Program-made: the position numbers and the translations under genes | Assembly: GCA_965223795.1 (NCBI GenBank) | Contig: CBDCXL010000002.1 | Location: 1,536,001 to 1,600,000 of the forward strand | Length of the DNA stretch: 64,000 nt | Origin: Nitrospinales bacterium | Lineage (GTDB): Bacteria; Nitrospinota; Nitrospinia; Nitrospinales; VA-1 | Direction of reading: 5' to 3' | Shown: piece by piece, positions 20,484 to 31,202 of the stretch | Layout: every line of letters begins with the position of its first letter | How positions within the stretch are numbered: the stretch's first letter is position 1 | Notes under the pieces: generated by a model | Told to the model about the DNA's origin: nothing | Databases searched by the model: none | What the model saw: only the letters and a program-made list of their open reading frames with translations

Positions 20484-21545
20484 TCAGGGGGTGTTTGGCG
20501 TCAGACCGCCGTCATCGTATTTGTGTTTGATCGCCTGAATCTCCGGCAGAATGACTTTAAAATGCTCGACGAGCTTGGGATCAAAATGAATGCCTTTCTG
20601 CTCTTCGATGAATTGAACCGCTTTCTCAAACGGCCAGGCATCTTTGTAAGGCCGGTTCGATGTCAACGCGTCGAACACATCGCACAATGCCACGATCCGG
20701 CCCTCAATGGAAATTTCGTTTTCCTTGAGGCCAAAAGGGTACCCCCTGCCATTCCATTTTTCATGATGGTGCAAGACGATCAGGCGCGCTGTATGGATGA
20801 CCTCGGAATTCCCTCCTGATAAAATGTCCGCTCCGATGATCACATGCTTCTTCATGATTTCTCTTTCATCGAATTCCAGCTTGCCGGGCTTCAGCAGCAC
20901 GTTGTCCGGTATTCCTATTTTCCCGATATCGTGCATGGGGGCGGTTTTATGAATCAAATCGCACTGTTCTTCTGTCAGCCCGGCCTGCCGCCCCAACAGG
21001 GCCGAAAACTTGGCCATGCGCACGGCATGCATGCCCGTTTCGTTGTCTTTGAATTCCGCCGCCCGGCCCAACAGGCGGATCACCTGCATGCGGGTCTCCT
21101 GCAATTCAGAACTGCTGTCCAGCACCTTCTTTTCCAGCAATCTGTTTTTACTTTTTATTTCATCAATGCTGATCTTCGCCCGGATGCAGTTGTCGATTCT
21201 GGCGAGCAGATCGGGGATGGGCAGCTGCTTGTCCAGCAGATCGGTCGCGCCCATCTCCAATGCCTTGTTCTTCAGATTTTCATCTTCCAGCCCCGTCATG
21301 AAGACGACGGGAATGTCTTTTGTCCGGTCTTCTCCTTTCAATACTTTCAAAAACTCGAAACCACTTTTCCCCGGCATGGATATATCGGAGACGATGACGT
21401 CGTAGTCATTGTTGAAGCAGTTTTGCAGAGCCGTGTCCGCATCGTCCACAAAGGACATGAACCAGTTGTATTTCTTTTTTTGAAGATTCCGCTTGAGTCC
21501 TTCGAGATAGATCTGTTCGTCGTCTACAAAAAGTATCTGATTCAT
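20484..21545 (-). CDS. Response regulator with HD-GYP c-di-GMP phosphodiesterase domain (RpfG-like)
   Basis: REC domain (VDD, SDISMP), HDIGKIG, HHEKWNGRGYP and DVFDALTSNRPY. Confidence 0.93.
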   Translation of the reverse strand: MNQILFVDDEQIYLEGLKRNLQKKKYNWFMSFVDDADTALQNCFNNDYDVIVSDISMPGKSGFEFLKVLKGEDRTKDIPVVFMTGLEDENLKNKALEMGATDLLDKQLPIPDLLARIDNCIRAKISIDEIKSKNRLLEKKVLDSSSELQETRMQVIRLLGRAAEFKDNETGMHAVRMAKFSALLGRQAGLTEEQCDLIHKTAPMHDIGKIGIPDNVLLKPGKLEFDEREIMKKHVIIGADILSGGNSEVIHTARLIVLHHHEKWNGRGYPFGLKENEISIEGRIVALCDVFDALTSNRPYKDAWPFEKAVQFIEEQKGIHFDPKLVEHFKVILPEIQAIKHKYDDGGLTPNTP

Positions 21546-22038
21546 GGAAACGTCCTTTAAGCCCCGGCCAGGGCGAAGCAAGGTTCGAAAGCGGAACGTT
21601 CTTTAAAGAAAGACTTTTCGTCACGCGCCGCAGCGCGCCATCTAATTACATTTAATCTCCATATAATAATTCAGACTATCCGCTAAAAGGATTGAATTCA
21701 ATGAATATCAACCGCACTTTGGATCGAAAACAGCGATAAAATGATAAGAATCTGTTAAACCGGACTTTAGTTCAGCACGTTATTTTGCTCCCCAAAACAG
21801 CGCTTCCCGTAACGCCCCCACGGTCTTTTGATACGGTTCTCCACGCTGCATCCCGGCTGAAGCAAGAGCGCCGGCATACAAACAATGCCCTGAATTTCCG
21901 CCGGTTCTTTTCCGCTTGCGAGAAAATTGCCAACCGTCCTTCCTTGTGCTAATCTAATAAGTTACAATCATGGTAAACATAAACTAACTCATAACCGTTT
22001 GATTTTACTAGCGGCTATTCGCATTGGAATTCCCATCC

Positions 22039-22965
22039 ATGGAAAACAATCTCAAAATCCTGGTGGTCGACGACAGTTCCGAGGACCGGGAAACGTGCAG
22101 CCGCCTGTTGAGCAAATGCCTGGATTCCAACATTGACCTTTTGCAATGCGACAATGGTCAGGACGCCCTCAAGGTGTGCGCCGAGGAAATTCCCGATTGC
22201 CTTCTGCTCGACTATCTGCTGCCGGATATGGACGGACTCGAATTCCTTTCCTGTGTCACCCAAAAGGGATTCCCCAACCCCATCATCATGATGACCGGCC
22301 AGGGAAGCGAATCCATCGCTGTGGAAGCCATGAAAAGCGGCGCGCACGATTACCTGATCAAAAATTCCTTCACTTCCGAAGCGCTGTACAGCGCGATTGT
22401 GAACGCCATCGAAGCGAATAAAGCCGATGAAACCAAAAAATGGAAAACCCAGGCGCTGGTCGATCCTTTGACCAAGGTTCTCAACCGCAACGCTTACAAT
22501 CTGACCATCGAGCAGGCGATTCGGGAATACCAGCGCTATCAGGTGCCCACCGTGCTTGTGCTGATCGACATCGACAACTTCAAAGCCTTCAATGACAACT
22601 ACGGTCATAAAACCGGGGACACGATGCTGCACAACGTGGCGGCGTCCGTCACCCAGTCCATCCGGGCTTCGGATTATATCTTTCGTTACGGGGGCGAGGA
22701 ATTTGCCGTGCTGCTGAATAAAATTTCCCTGTCCCAGGCTGCCGTCGTTGCGGAAAAAATCCGCCTGCAGGTGAAGGCGAAATACACGCTGTACAACGGA
22801 AAAAAACTGAACTCGACGATCAGCCTGGGCATTTCGGCTTTGCAGGAAAACGACACCGAAGAGACGGTGTTCGTCCGCGCGGACAAAGCGCTCTACGAAG
22901 CCAAACAAAGCGGCAAGGACCGGGTCGTCGTGTTTTCAGAAAACGTGGCCTCGCCGGCCGGATGA
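22039..22965 (+). CDS. REC-GGDEF diguanylate cyclase
   Basis: REC domain, DPLT, DIDNFK, RASD I-site and RYGGEEF. Confidence 0.93.
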   Translation: MENNLKILVVDDSSEDRETCSRLLSKCLDSNIDLLQCDNGQDALKVCAEEIPDCLLLDYLLPDMDGLEFLSCVTQKGFPNPIIMMTGQGSESIAVEAMKSGAHDYLIKNSFTSEALYSAIVNAIEANKADETKKWKTQALVDPLTKVLNRNAYNLTIEQAIREYQRYQVPTVLVLIDIDNFKAFNDNYGHKTGDTMLHNVAASVTQSIRASDYIFRYGGEEFAVLLNKISLSQAAVVAEKIRLQVKAKYTLYNGKKLNSTISLGISALQENDTEETVFVRADKALYEAKQSGKDRVVVFSENVASPAG

Positions 22966-23089
22966 GTCGACCTGTTCCGCGGTCCGGCGATTTGCAAGCG
23001 AGCGCGGCTTAAAGCGGTGCACGCAAAGCCTAAGCAGCGAGCCGGGGTCTTTGAGATTCCCTCAGCTTGAACCCTGTATAGAATCTTTA

Positions 23090-24820
23090 ATGGCCAACCA
23101 CACAAAAATCATTCTCCTTTGTGGCCTGCTTTTCGGGCTCCTCGTTGCCGGACTGGTCCGGCACGAACAGCTCTCGGTGCTCGAGGGCCGGTTCGCGCAG
23201 GAAGTGAAGCGCTACGGAACCATTCTCAAAGACAAGCTGGAACTCAATGAACTGACGCTGGTGGGGATCGAATCCCTGTTCAAGGCTTCCCGGGAAGTGA
23301 CCCGGCAGGAGTTCAATGTCTTTGTGCAGCCTTTTCTCGATCACACCCCGTTCATCCAGGCGCTGGAATGGATTCCGCGCGTGCCGCACGAAGAACGCCA
23401 GGAACTGGAACGCCGGGCCCGTCAGGACGGACTTTCCGGCTTCAAGATCCGGGAACGTGCGAGCGGAGGGGAGATGGTGCCCGCGCAACAACGCGCGGAG
23501 TACTATCCGGTCTATTTCATGCAGCCCCATGCCGGCAACGAAACGGCGCTGGGTTTCGATCTGGCGAGCCATCCCGTCCGGCTCAAGAGTCTCAAGCAGG
23601 CCATCGACACCGGGAAACCTGTGGCCACCTCAAAAATCACCCTCGTGCAGGAGACAGGGAACCAGTCGGGTCTGCTCATCTTTCTTCCCATTTATCTCGG
23701 CAAGCAAGTCCCTGAAAGCGTGGAGCGGCGCCGGCAGGACATCGCCGGATTCATCGTCGGCGTGTACCGGATCGGCGACATGATCGAGGAAATCATCCAG
23801 TCGAATTTCACGGAGCACATCAACCTGGCGGTGTACCAGGGCGATGAGGCCCACACCGGTGCGCTGATGTTCGGGAATCCGCAGGCGGGCGCCTTGTTCG
23901 AGACTCAGGAAGTCATCCCGGTGAGCGGGAAACGGTGGACCCTGATCTGGCAGGCGGCAAAAGACTACAAACCCTTCAGCGACAACGATTCGGTTCTGGC
24001 GGGAATCGCCACGTTCGTCATTTTTATTTTGATCGCGGTCATCTTTCAGATGAACGTTTCAAAAACGCGCAGGGTGGAACAGCTGGTGGAACAGAGGACG
24101 AAAGAGCTGGAAGCCAAGAATCTGGAGCTGGAGGAATTCACCTACCGGACCTCACACGACCTCAAGGCGCCCCTGGTCAACATCCGCGGTTTGAGCGGTA
24201 TCATGAAGATGGATCTGGATGACGGCGATTACGATGAGGTCCTGGCCAATATCGACAAGATCGGGACTCTGTCCTTTAAGCTGGAAAGCGTCGTCAGCAA
24301 TATCGTCGAAGCGGCGAAGGTGGACGGCCTGAAAGAAGAGTATGAAGCGGTGGACATTGCGGAGGTCATGCGATCGATCCAGGAAAACCTCAACTACCTG
24401 ATCGACGAGAAGCAAATCGATGTGCGGGTGAGCATCGACACCGAAAAACCCTTGATCACCAAACGAAACCTCATCCACCGGGTGCTGGAAAACCTGATCT
24501 CCAATGCCATCAAGTATTGCGACCCCGACAAGCCGCTGCGGTTCGTGAAGGTGGCGGTGCGGGACATTGCGGGAAAAACGCAAATCAAGGTGTGGGACAA
24601 CGGCCTAGGGATTCCCAAGGAAAATCAGGACGACGTGTTCAGCATGTTCAAACGCTTTCACCAATCGTCTTCGTTCGGAACCGGGCTCGGCCTGTATCTG
24701 GTGAAAAAGAATCTGGATAAAATCAACGGCGAGATCTCACTGGAGAGCAGCCCCGAAGGCACGGTCTTCACCATTTCCCTGCCGCAAGTCCAGACCGCAT
24801 CGACGATCGCGCAAAGCTGA
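23090..24820 (+). CDS. CHASE-domain sensor histidine kinase
   Basis: Two TM helices flanking CHASE (ALEWIPRV, ALGFDL); SHDLKAP, NLISNAIKY, DNGLGI and GTGLGL. Confidence 0.93.
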   Translation: MANHTKIILLCGLLFGLLVAGLVRHEQLSVLEGRFAQEVKRYGTILKDKLELNELTLVGIESLFKASREVTRQEFNVFVQPFLDHTPFIQALEWIPRVPHEERQELERRARQDGLSGFKIRERASGGEMVPAQQRAEYYPVYFMQPHAGNETALGFDLASHPVRLKSLKQAIDTGKPVATSKITLVQETGNQSGLLIFLPIYLGKQVPESVERRRQDIAGFIVGVYRIGDMIEEIIQSNFTEHINLAVYQGDEAHTGALMFGNPQAGALFETQEVIPVSGKRWTLIWQAAKDYKPFSDNDSVLAGIATFVIFILIAVIFQMNVSKTRRVEQLVEQRTKELEAKNLELEEFTYRTSHDLKAPLVNIRGLSGIMKMDLDDGDYDEVLANIDKIGTLSFKLESVVSNIVEAAKVDGLKEEYEAVDIAEVMRSIQENLNYLIDEKQIDVRVSIDTEKPLITKRNLIHRVLENLISNAIKYCDPDKPLRFVKVAVRDIAGKTQIKVWDNGLGIPKENQDDVFSMFKRFHQSSSFGTGLGLYLVKKNLDKINGEISLESSPEGTVFTISLPQVQTASTIAQS

Positions 24821-24893
24821 TCGCAAACCCTGCCCTATTGCGCTTCCTCACGCTACGATTCGTTGCGACACCGTTCGCCGGACGCTACGGCTT

Positions 24894-26300
24894 TCACTCG
24901 GCGACAAGAAAATGCGCCCGGCGATTCTTGTACCAGCACAGTTCGTTGCTTTCGGTGCAGAAAGGCCGTTCTTCACCGTAGCTGATGGTGCGGATGCGGC
25001 TTTCGTCGACGCCGAGGAACACCAGGAACGATTTTGTCGCGCGGGCGCGCCGCTCACCCAGGCTGATGTTGTAGCTGTTGCTGCCGCGCTCGTCGCAGTG
25101 CCCCTCGACTTCAATCTTTAAATTCGGATAGGACATCAGATACGCCGCGTTCTTGCGCAGTTTTTCTTTGGATTTGTCATCCAGGTCGTGGCGGTCGAAT
25201 GCAAAATGGATGTCCTGCAGGCTGTCGGAGGCGCGGTAAGGCAGAAACCGCCGCACTTCCTCTTGACGCGTCATCGGCTCCAGCTTCGCGGTCTCTTCGG
25301 GAACAAACGGCTCGGCGGCAAAGGAGCCGGTGGAACCGTCGCCCGGCATGCCCTGCTCGGCGCTGCCGAAGTCGGGACCGGGACCGGGCTTTTCATAGCC
25401 GCCGCCGGAACCGGATTCGTCGATGTCTTCTTCGGTGAACAGCTGCCGTCCGGCAGACGCACTTTCTTCTTCTGCCGGCAACCTGCCGGTGTCACCGCCG
25501 CGGTCCCCGTCAAACGGCTCGGCGGCGAAGGAACCGGTGGAGCCGTCGCCCGGCATGCCCAGGGGCCCGCCGCCGAATTCCCGGCCGGTGCCGGGCTTTT
25601 CAAAGCCGCCGCCACCGCCCGGCTCCTGCCCCTGAAACAGATCGGATGATGCGACTTCGGATTCCTGGCCACCGGGTTCACCGCCCGGGCCTGCGGCAAA
25701 CGGTTCGGCCGCGAAAGAACCGGTGGAACCATCGCCCGGCATGCCCAGGGGCCCGCCGCCGAATTCCTGGCCGGTGCCGGGTTTCTCAAAAGCAAAACTT
25801 CCCTCTCCGGAATCGGCCAGGCCGCCGGGCAGCGCAGCATCGCCGCCATCCGCGACCGCCCCATCCGGGCTGCCAGCCGTGGCACCCGCGTCACCGCCGC
25901 GGTCCCCGTCAAACGGCTCGGCCGCGAAGGAACCGGTGGAACCGTCACCCGGCATGCCCTGCGCCGCGCCGCCAAAATCCCGGCCCGGCTGCGCTTCCAC
26001 CTGCGGGATTTCGATCCCGGTTCCGCGATCCTGTGCAAACGGTTCGGCTGCAAAGGAGCCGGTGGCGCCGTCGCTCGGCATGCCCTGTGGCGCGCTGCCG
26101 AACTCCCGGCCGGTCTCCGCCTCCGGTGCGGCGGAAGCCACCTCGCCGAAACTGTCGTCGACCCGCTCGAGACTGCTGTCCATTCCATAGCGGGAATCGA
26201 ATTCGGCGGCGTCGCGGTTCAGGGGGCCTTTGGAACAACCGGCGGCCACAATGGCGAGCAATACCGGCGCGATCCAGAAGGTTTGTTTCGGTCTGATCAT
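24894..26300 (-). CDS. pal: Peptidoglycan-associated lipoprotein (Pal/OmpA C-terminal domain) with long acidic Gly-rich repeat linker
   Basis: Lipobox AAGC; C-terminal DIHFAFD..EGHCDERG..YN..LGERRA..SYGEERP..NRRAHF. Confidence 0.85.
   Translation of the reverse strand: MIRPKQTFWIAPVLLAIVAAGCSKGPLNRDAAEFDSRYGMDSSLERVDDSFGEVASAAPEAETGREFGSAPQGMPSDGATGSFAAEPFAQDRGTGIEIPQVEAQPGRDFGGAAQGMPGDGSTGSFAAEPFDGDRGGDAGATAGSPDGAVADGGDAALPGGLADSGEGSFAFEKPGTGQEFGGGPLGMPGDGSTGSFAAEPFAAGPGGEPGGQESEVASSDLFQGQEPGGGGGFEKPGTGREFGGGPLGMPGDGSTGSFAAEPFDGDRGGDTGRLPAEEESASAGRQLFTEEDIDESGSGGGYEKPGPGPDFGSAEQGMPGDGSTGSFAAEPFVPEETAKLEPMTRQEEVRRFLPYRASDSLQDIHFAFDRHDLDDKSKEKLRKNAAYLMSYPNLKIEVEGHCDERGSNSYNISLGERRARATKSFLVFLGVDESRIRTISYGEERPFCTESNELCWYKNRRAHFLVAE
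25310..26110 (-). repeat. Five intragenic copies of the FGxxxxGMPGDGSTGSFAAEPF unit
   Basis: Seen in the translation, and as near-identical DNA blocks on + (ggaaccggtggaaccgtcgcccggcatgccc variants). Confidence 0.9.
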
Positions 26301-27137
26301 GGTTTGCCCATTGTGTTCCGATGGAAGCAAGTGCATTTTAAATTTAATGCTCAAGCGCGCTCATCGCACTCATTTTCGACAGCATACAAAAACTCGGGGG
26401 GTCTTTCCACACGTGTTTTACAGCAACTGTTTTGAGCCTTGAGCGTCGACGAATGACGAAACCCGTTCAAGCCAAACTCAATACGCCGCGGAAAACGCAA
26501 AACCTCTTTGAACACAAAACCTTGCCGATTCTTTCCGGGTTTTGCGCAGGACGAAAACGCAATATTAAGGAAAGCCCCGGGGCCCGGGCGCTTGCGTGAC
26601 GGATTTTCGTTCTCACCGGTGCGATGTCCGGTGCGTCCTGTGAACGTAACAGCGCGGCCCCGGTTATTTCAACCCCCGCCTGCCATTTTTATCACCCCAG
26701 GCGTTCCCTGTATAGCCTGGACCGGCCGTTCCCACCGGCCTGCCACCGGGTTTCGACTGTGCTGAGCGGGCGGCGCCAGAGGTCCTCACGGGGGTTCTCC
26801 CACCCTGTGATATCCCTTGCGCGATATTGCTGCGGCGCGATACAGAATGCCTATATTGATTTTTTTTCGCATCAGGGATAAAGGAAACGGTTTTATTTCC
26901 GATACTTATTGAAGGGCCGCTGTTCCGTTTCCGCCGGAAATTCAACGGTTCCCGGCTCCCCGGGCACCTTTGTGACGGATATTCCTTCTATCCGGACAGC
27001 TCATTCCACCCCTGTCGCCGCCGTCCGGAATCACGCTTTTTGTTTGATTCTGCGGATTTTATGGTATCCTGAAAATACCCCATCAATTACGGAATCGATT
27101 TGTTTTCATACACTTATTCAGGCATATCGGGGAACCG

Positions 27138-27602
27138 ATGCCGACCCGCTCGATGAAAGTTGTGACACACGCATTCACCATCCTGATCGCCGAAGACGAC
27201 GAAGACGATTATCTGTTGACGCTGGAAGCGTTGAAGGAAGCCGGCGTCAATAATGAAATCCGTTGGGTGAAAGACGGCGAGGAGTTGCTGGAATATCTGA
27301 AAACCGCCTCGAACGGCGGCAACGGATCCGGTTTTCCCGGAATGATTCTTCTGGACCTCAACATGCCGAAGAAAGACGGACGCGAGGTGCTGGAAGAACT
27401 CAAATCGAACCGGGCTTACCGCAGAATTCCGGTCATCGTCATGACCACCTCCAGCGCGGAAACGGACATCGCGCTGTCCTACGAACTGGGTGTCAACTCC
27501 TTCATTCAAAAACCCGTGCATTTTCAGGAACTGGTGAAAGTGTTCCAGACCCTTTCGCATTACTGGTTCGAAACGGTCAAGCTACCCCAGACCACGCATT
27601 GA
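27138..27602 (+). CDS. Single-domain response regulator (Rcp1-like)
   Basis: AEDD, LLDLNMPKKDG, TTS and NSFIQKP. Confidence 0.92.
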   Translation: MPTRSMKVVTHAFTILIAEDDEDDYLLTLEALKEAGVNNEIRWVKDGEELLEYLKTASNGGNGSGFPGMILLDLNMPKKDGREVLEELKSNRAYRRIPVIVMTTSSAETDIALSYELGVNSFIQKPVHFQELVKVFQTLSHYWFETVKLPQTTH

Positions 27603-27609
27603 CGCCGCC

Positions 27610-28869
27610 ATGAACGACCGCCCGATGAAAATCCTGATCGTCGAGGACGACGAAGACGATATCTTCCTGATTAGGGATTTCATCCGTGAAGGCATCACGG
27701 CCCCTTCTCCCGAAATCGATCACTCATCCAGCTACGAGGACGCGGTCGCCAAACTGGAGGACAGCGACTACGATATCTGCATGTGCGATTACCGGCTGGG
27801 GGCCATGGACGGCATCGCGCTGATCAAAAACCTGCGCGCCCGCAACGTGAACATCCCGATCATCGTGCTGACGGGCCAGGGCGACCAGGAAGTCGCCGTG
27901 GAGGCGATGAAGGCCGGAGCCACCGATTACCTGACCAAGGGAAAACTGTCGGCGGAATCGCTGTCGCACGCGATCCGGTACTCCCTGAAGCTGCACCGGG
28001 AGGCGTCCCGCCGCAAGCAGACCGAAGAGATGCTGAAAAAGTCGCATCAGGATCTGGTGCGCGCCAACAACGATCTCAAGGAATCGATGGCGAAACTGAA
28101 ATCCGCGCAGAAGCAGATCCTGCAATCGGAGAAGCTGGCGGGCATCGGACGTCTCGCCGCGGGCGTGTGCCACGAAATCCTCAATCCCCTGAACATCATT
28201 TCCGGGCACGCGCAGGCCTTGCTGATGGAACGGGAGGAAGACCCCTCCCTGATGGACGACCTGTTTTCCATCACCGAGGAGATCCAGCGCATCGAAAAGA
28301 TCATCAACGGCCTGCTCAAGTTTTCGCGCAAGGGCGACGTGGAACTCATCCGCACCAACATCAACCAGGAACTCGACTCGGTGCTTTCAATCATCGAAAA
28401 GGAGATGAGTCTGGAGGGCATCGAAGTGGTGCGCGAATTCCATGACGAGCTGCCCAGCCTGTACCTCGACAACGACCGCATCCGCCAGGTGTTCCTCAAC
28501 ATCATCAACAACGCCAAATACGCCATGTCCGGCGGCGGCGTGTTCAAGGTGCGCACCGAAGTGGTGACGCGCGACCGCGAGGACGGCGTGAAGTCGAACG
28601 GCGCCGGTTCCGGCCAGGAAGAGAGCCGCCTGCGCATCGAGTTCATCGACAACGGGACCGGCATCAAAAAAGAACATCTGGGGAAAATCTTCGATCCCTT
28701 CTTCACCACCAAGCCGGAAGACAAAGGCACGGGCCTCGGGCTTTCGGTGTCCTACTCGATCATCGAAAAACACGGGGGGACGCTGGAGGTGGAGAGCGAC
28801 GGCAAGACCGGCGCCACCTTCATCATCGAGCTGCCGCTCAACCAGGAGGAAATCGAGATCCCGTCGTGA
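27610..28869 (+). CDS. Hybrid REC-histidine kinase
   Basis: REC domain, then EKLAGIGRLAAGVCHEILNP, FDPFFTTK and GTGLGL. Confidence 0.93.
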   Translation: MNDRPMKILIVEDDEDDIFLIRDFIREGITAPSPEIDHSSSYEDAVAKLEDSDYDICMCDYRLGAMDGIALIKNLRARNVNIPIIVLTGQGDQEVAVEAMKAGATDYLTKGKLSAESLSHAIRYSLKLHREASRRKQTEEMLKKSHQDLVRANNDLKESMAKLKSAQKQILQSEKLAGIGRLAAGVCHEILNPLNIISGHAQALLMEREEDPSLMDDLFSITEEIQRIEKIINGLLKFSRKGDVELIRTNINQELDSVLSIIEKEMSLEGIEVVREFHDELPSLYLDNDRIRQVFLNIINNAKYAMSGGGVFKVRTEVVTRDREDGVKSNGAGSGQEESRLRIEFIDNGTGIKKEHLGKIFDPFFTTKPEDKGTGLGLSVSYSIIEKHGGTLEVESDGKTGATFIIELPLNQEEIEIPS

Positions 28870-30179
28870 CCGACGCCGCACGCAGCGCGGGAAAAAAACG
28901 CAGGCGCTCCCGTCTGCGTCTTTTCACCTACGGGCTGCTCGCCCTGTGGCTGGTCGATTATTTCCTCATCCAGCCCGAACGCCTCAAGGCGGACAAACTG
29001 CCGCCGCCTGCCGATTCTCTCAAACCGCTCGTCACAAAACTCCAACAGCACACGCAGTTTCTGGCATCGGAGAAGCTCAAGGGCCGGGCTCCGGGAACGC
29101 TGGAAAACGCCGAGGCGGCGGAATACATTTTAAACGCGTTCCGGGACATGAAGCTGGCCTCGCCCGCGCCGGACGGCACGATGCTGCAGGAGCTGTCCGA
29201 CGGACTGGGGCACAACGTGTTTGCGGCGCTGCCCGGATTCAATCCGGAACGCGACTGGCTGCTCCTGGGCGCGCATTTCGATCACCTGGGCGAGTGGGAG
29301 GGAAAGACCTACCTGGGCGCGGACGACAACGCCTCGGCGGTGGCGATCCTTCTGGAAACCGCGCGCAGGCTCAAAGCGGCGCCCGCCTTCAAGCGTTACA
29401 ACATCCTGTTCGTGGCGTTCAACTCCGAGGAGTCGCCGTACTTCCTGACGGCGAAGATGGGCTCGTTCCAGTTTTACAACCGCATCGAAAAAACCGGCAT
29501 CGACCCGGAACGCATCCGGCTGGCGGTGATCATGGATCTCATGGGCGGCGTGTTCTGGCGGCCGCTCAAGGACACGCTGTTTGTGCTGGGCGCGGAAAAG
29601 ACCCCGGCTCTCCGGCCGCTCATCGATTCCGTGCACGTGCCGGATCTCGATACGCGGCGGCTGGGCATGTCGATGATCGAAAACGTGCCGCGCGCCGGAA
29701 GCCTGGCGTTCAGCGACTATCAGGTGTTTCGCATCCACGCCATCCCCTACCTGTTTCTGAGTTCCGGGCGCACCCCGCACTACCACCGCACCAGCGACAC
29801 GATGGAGAAGCTCAACCACAACCGCATGGCGAAGACGGTGCATTGGCTGGAACACTTGTTCAACGCACTGGACGGATTCGAGGGACCGTGGACCTACCGC
29901 TGGCGCGGCGAGGATTATGAAACCGATTATAAATCGATCGCGCCGCTGATCGAAACCGCGTCACGCTGGACCACGAAAGTGCCGCAGACCGGGTGGATCA
30001 GCCTGGCCCGGCTCAAGCAGGATCATAAACGCCTGCAAAAAATCGGCGCAAAGCTCAAAGCGGGAACGGCCCCCGACGCCGCGGACGGAGCCGCGATGCA
30101 GCTCGCCTCGATCCGTCTGCAATGCCTGCTCGGAAAAATGGGACCTTGTTTTCTATTGCCGGGGACGAAAGACAATTGA
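28866..30179 (+). CDS. M28 family metallopeptidase
   Basis: GAHFDH, GADDNASA, FNSEE, SDY and YHRTSD. Confidence 0.9.
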   Translation: MTDAARSAGKKRRRSRLRLFTYGLLALWLVDYFLIQPERLKADKLPPPADSLKPLVTKLQQHTQFLASEKLKGRAPGTLENAEAAEYILNAFRDMKLASPAPDGTMLQELSDGLGHNVFAALPGFNPERDWLLLGAHFDHLGEWEGKTYLGADDNASAVAILLETARRLKAAPAFKRYNILFVAFNSEESPYFLTAKMGSFQFYNRIEKTGIDPERIRLAVIMDLMGGVFWRPLKDTLFVLGAEKTPALRPLIDSVHVPDLDTRRLGMSMIENVPRAGSLAFSDYQVFRIHAIPYLFLSSGRTPHYHRTSDTMEKLNHNRMAKTVHWLEHLFNALDGFEGPWTYRWRGEDYETDYKSIAPLIETASRWTTKVPQTGWISLARLKQDHKRLQKIGAKLKAGTAPDAADGAAMQLASIRLQCLLGKMGPCFLLPGTKDN

Positions 30180-30186
30180 AAATCGC

Positions 30187-30591
30187 CTATTCAACGGGCA
30201 AAAACAGGGGTGCGCCTTTGTCACGGACATAAAAGACGAGGAACTCCGCCGGTTGCGTGTCGCTGGCATTCCTTGCGACTTTATGGATGTCCACGGGGGA
30301 TTCATAAAACGTGTCCCCTTTTGTCAGAGTCGCCGGTTCCCGGCCTTCCACTTGCATGACGACCGAACCTTGCAGCACATAAACGAACGTGTGTCCGTTG
30401 TGTCGATGTGCGGGACTCGATTCTCCGGGAGCGAACCGGACCGTCAGGACAACGCCCTCTTTTCCTCGCAGATCGTGCAGGTCCTGCTTTCGAAGCAGGG
30501 TCGTTGCCGCTGGCTCCCCAGCGAACAGGCAAACCGGGGCACTCATCATCACCACTGAAAAAATCACAACCGCCACTCTAAAAACTGACAT
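30187..30591 (-). CDS. Exported cupin-domain protein
   Basis: Signal peptide, PAHRH..VYVLQG and GDTFYE..IH. Confidence 0.88.
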   Translation of the reverse strand: MSVFRVAVVIFSVVMMSAPVCLFAGEPAATTLLRKQDLHDLRGKEGVVLTVRFAPGESSPAHRHNGHTFVYVLQGSVVMQVEGREPATLTKGDTFYESPVDIHKVARNASDTQPAEFLVFYVRDKGAPLFLPVE

Positions 30592-30603
30592 CGGGAAATC
30601 CTC

Positions 30604-31059
30604 CTAAACGGCCACAGTTTGCAACTGAGGTATTTTTCGAAAAGAAACACTCAACCGGTTCCACAGGTTGATCTGACCGATCGCGATTGTCAGGTCGATC
30701 CGTTCCTGCTCGGAAAAGTATTTTTGCACAAGAGCGTAATCCGAGTCGGGGACACGCGTGTCGGCCAGCAGCGTCACCGATTCCGTCCATGCCAGCGCGG
30801 CGCGCTCTTTATCCGTAAAACAGGGTGCTTCCCGCCAGGCAACGACCAGGTTGAGATGGGCGCCCGGGAAGCCGAGTTTTTTCAGTTCACCGTAATGCAT
30901 GTCCACGCAATAGGCGCAGCCGTTGATCTGGGAGGCCCGGAGCTTGACCAGCCCCTGAATCTTCGGATCGAGGCTGGATTTATTGAGGTAGGCCTCCACT
31001 CCGAGAAGCGCTTTCATCGCCGGGTGCGCGGTGCTGTGAAAATCGATACGGGATTTCAT
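30604..31059 (-). CDS. Carboxymuconolactone decarboxylase/AhpD-family protein
   Basis: RASQINGCAYCVDMH, ERAALAW and INLWNR. Confidence 0.92.
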   Translation of the reverse strand: MKSRIDFHSTAHPAMKALLGVEAYLNKSSLDPKIQGLVKLRASQINGCAYCVDMHYGELKKLGFPGAHLNLVVAWREAPCFTDKERAALAWTESVTLLADTRVPDSDYALVQKYFSEQERIDLTIAIGQINLWNRLSVSFRKIPQLQTVAV

Positions 31060-31103
31060 CTTGTTTTCCTTTTCTCTGGTTTTCAACATGCCCCACCCTA
31101 TCA

Positions 31104-31120
31104 CGGATAAAATATATCCG
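31104..31120. promoter_or_regulatory. Inverted repeat CGGATA-N5-TATCCG, candidate Rrf2 operator
   Basis: Perfect 6-bp arms between the divergent ahpD-like and rrf2 genes. Confidence 0.55.
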
Positions 31121-31202
31121 CAATATATTTTTTCTTTCGCAACGGTCTTGAGGCATCATTTCCTATCTTGATTGTGCGTATGGGACGTACTATATTTCCG
31201 AC

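Noticed and set aside
25310..26110. Direct repeats with variable spacers, superficially CRISPR-like
   Set aside because: They are in-frame coding repeats inside pal, the spacers are long and irregular, and there are no cas genes.
26400..27130. Long intergenic region between pal and the response regulator, as a possible ncRNA
   Set aside because: Only isolated hairpins; no tRNA, tmRNA, 6S, SRP or riboswitch signature that I can support.
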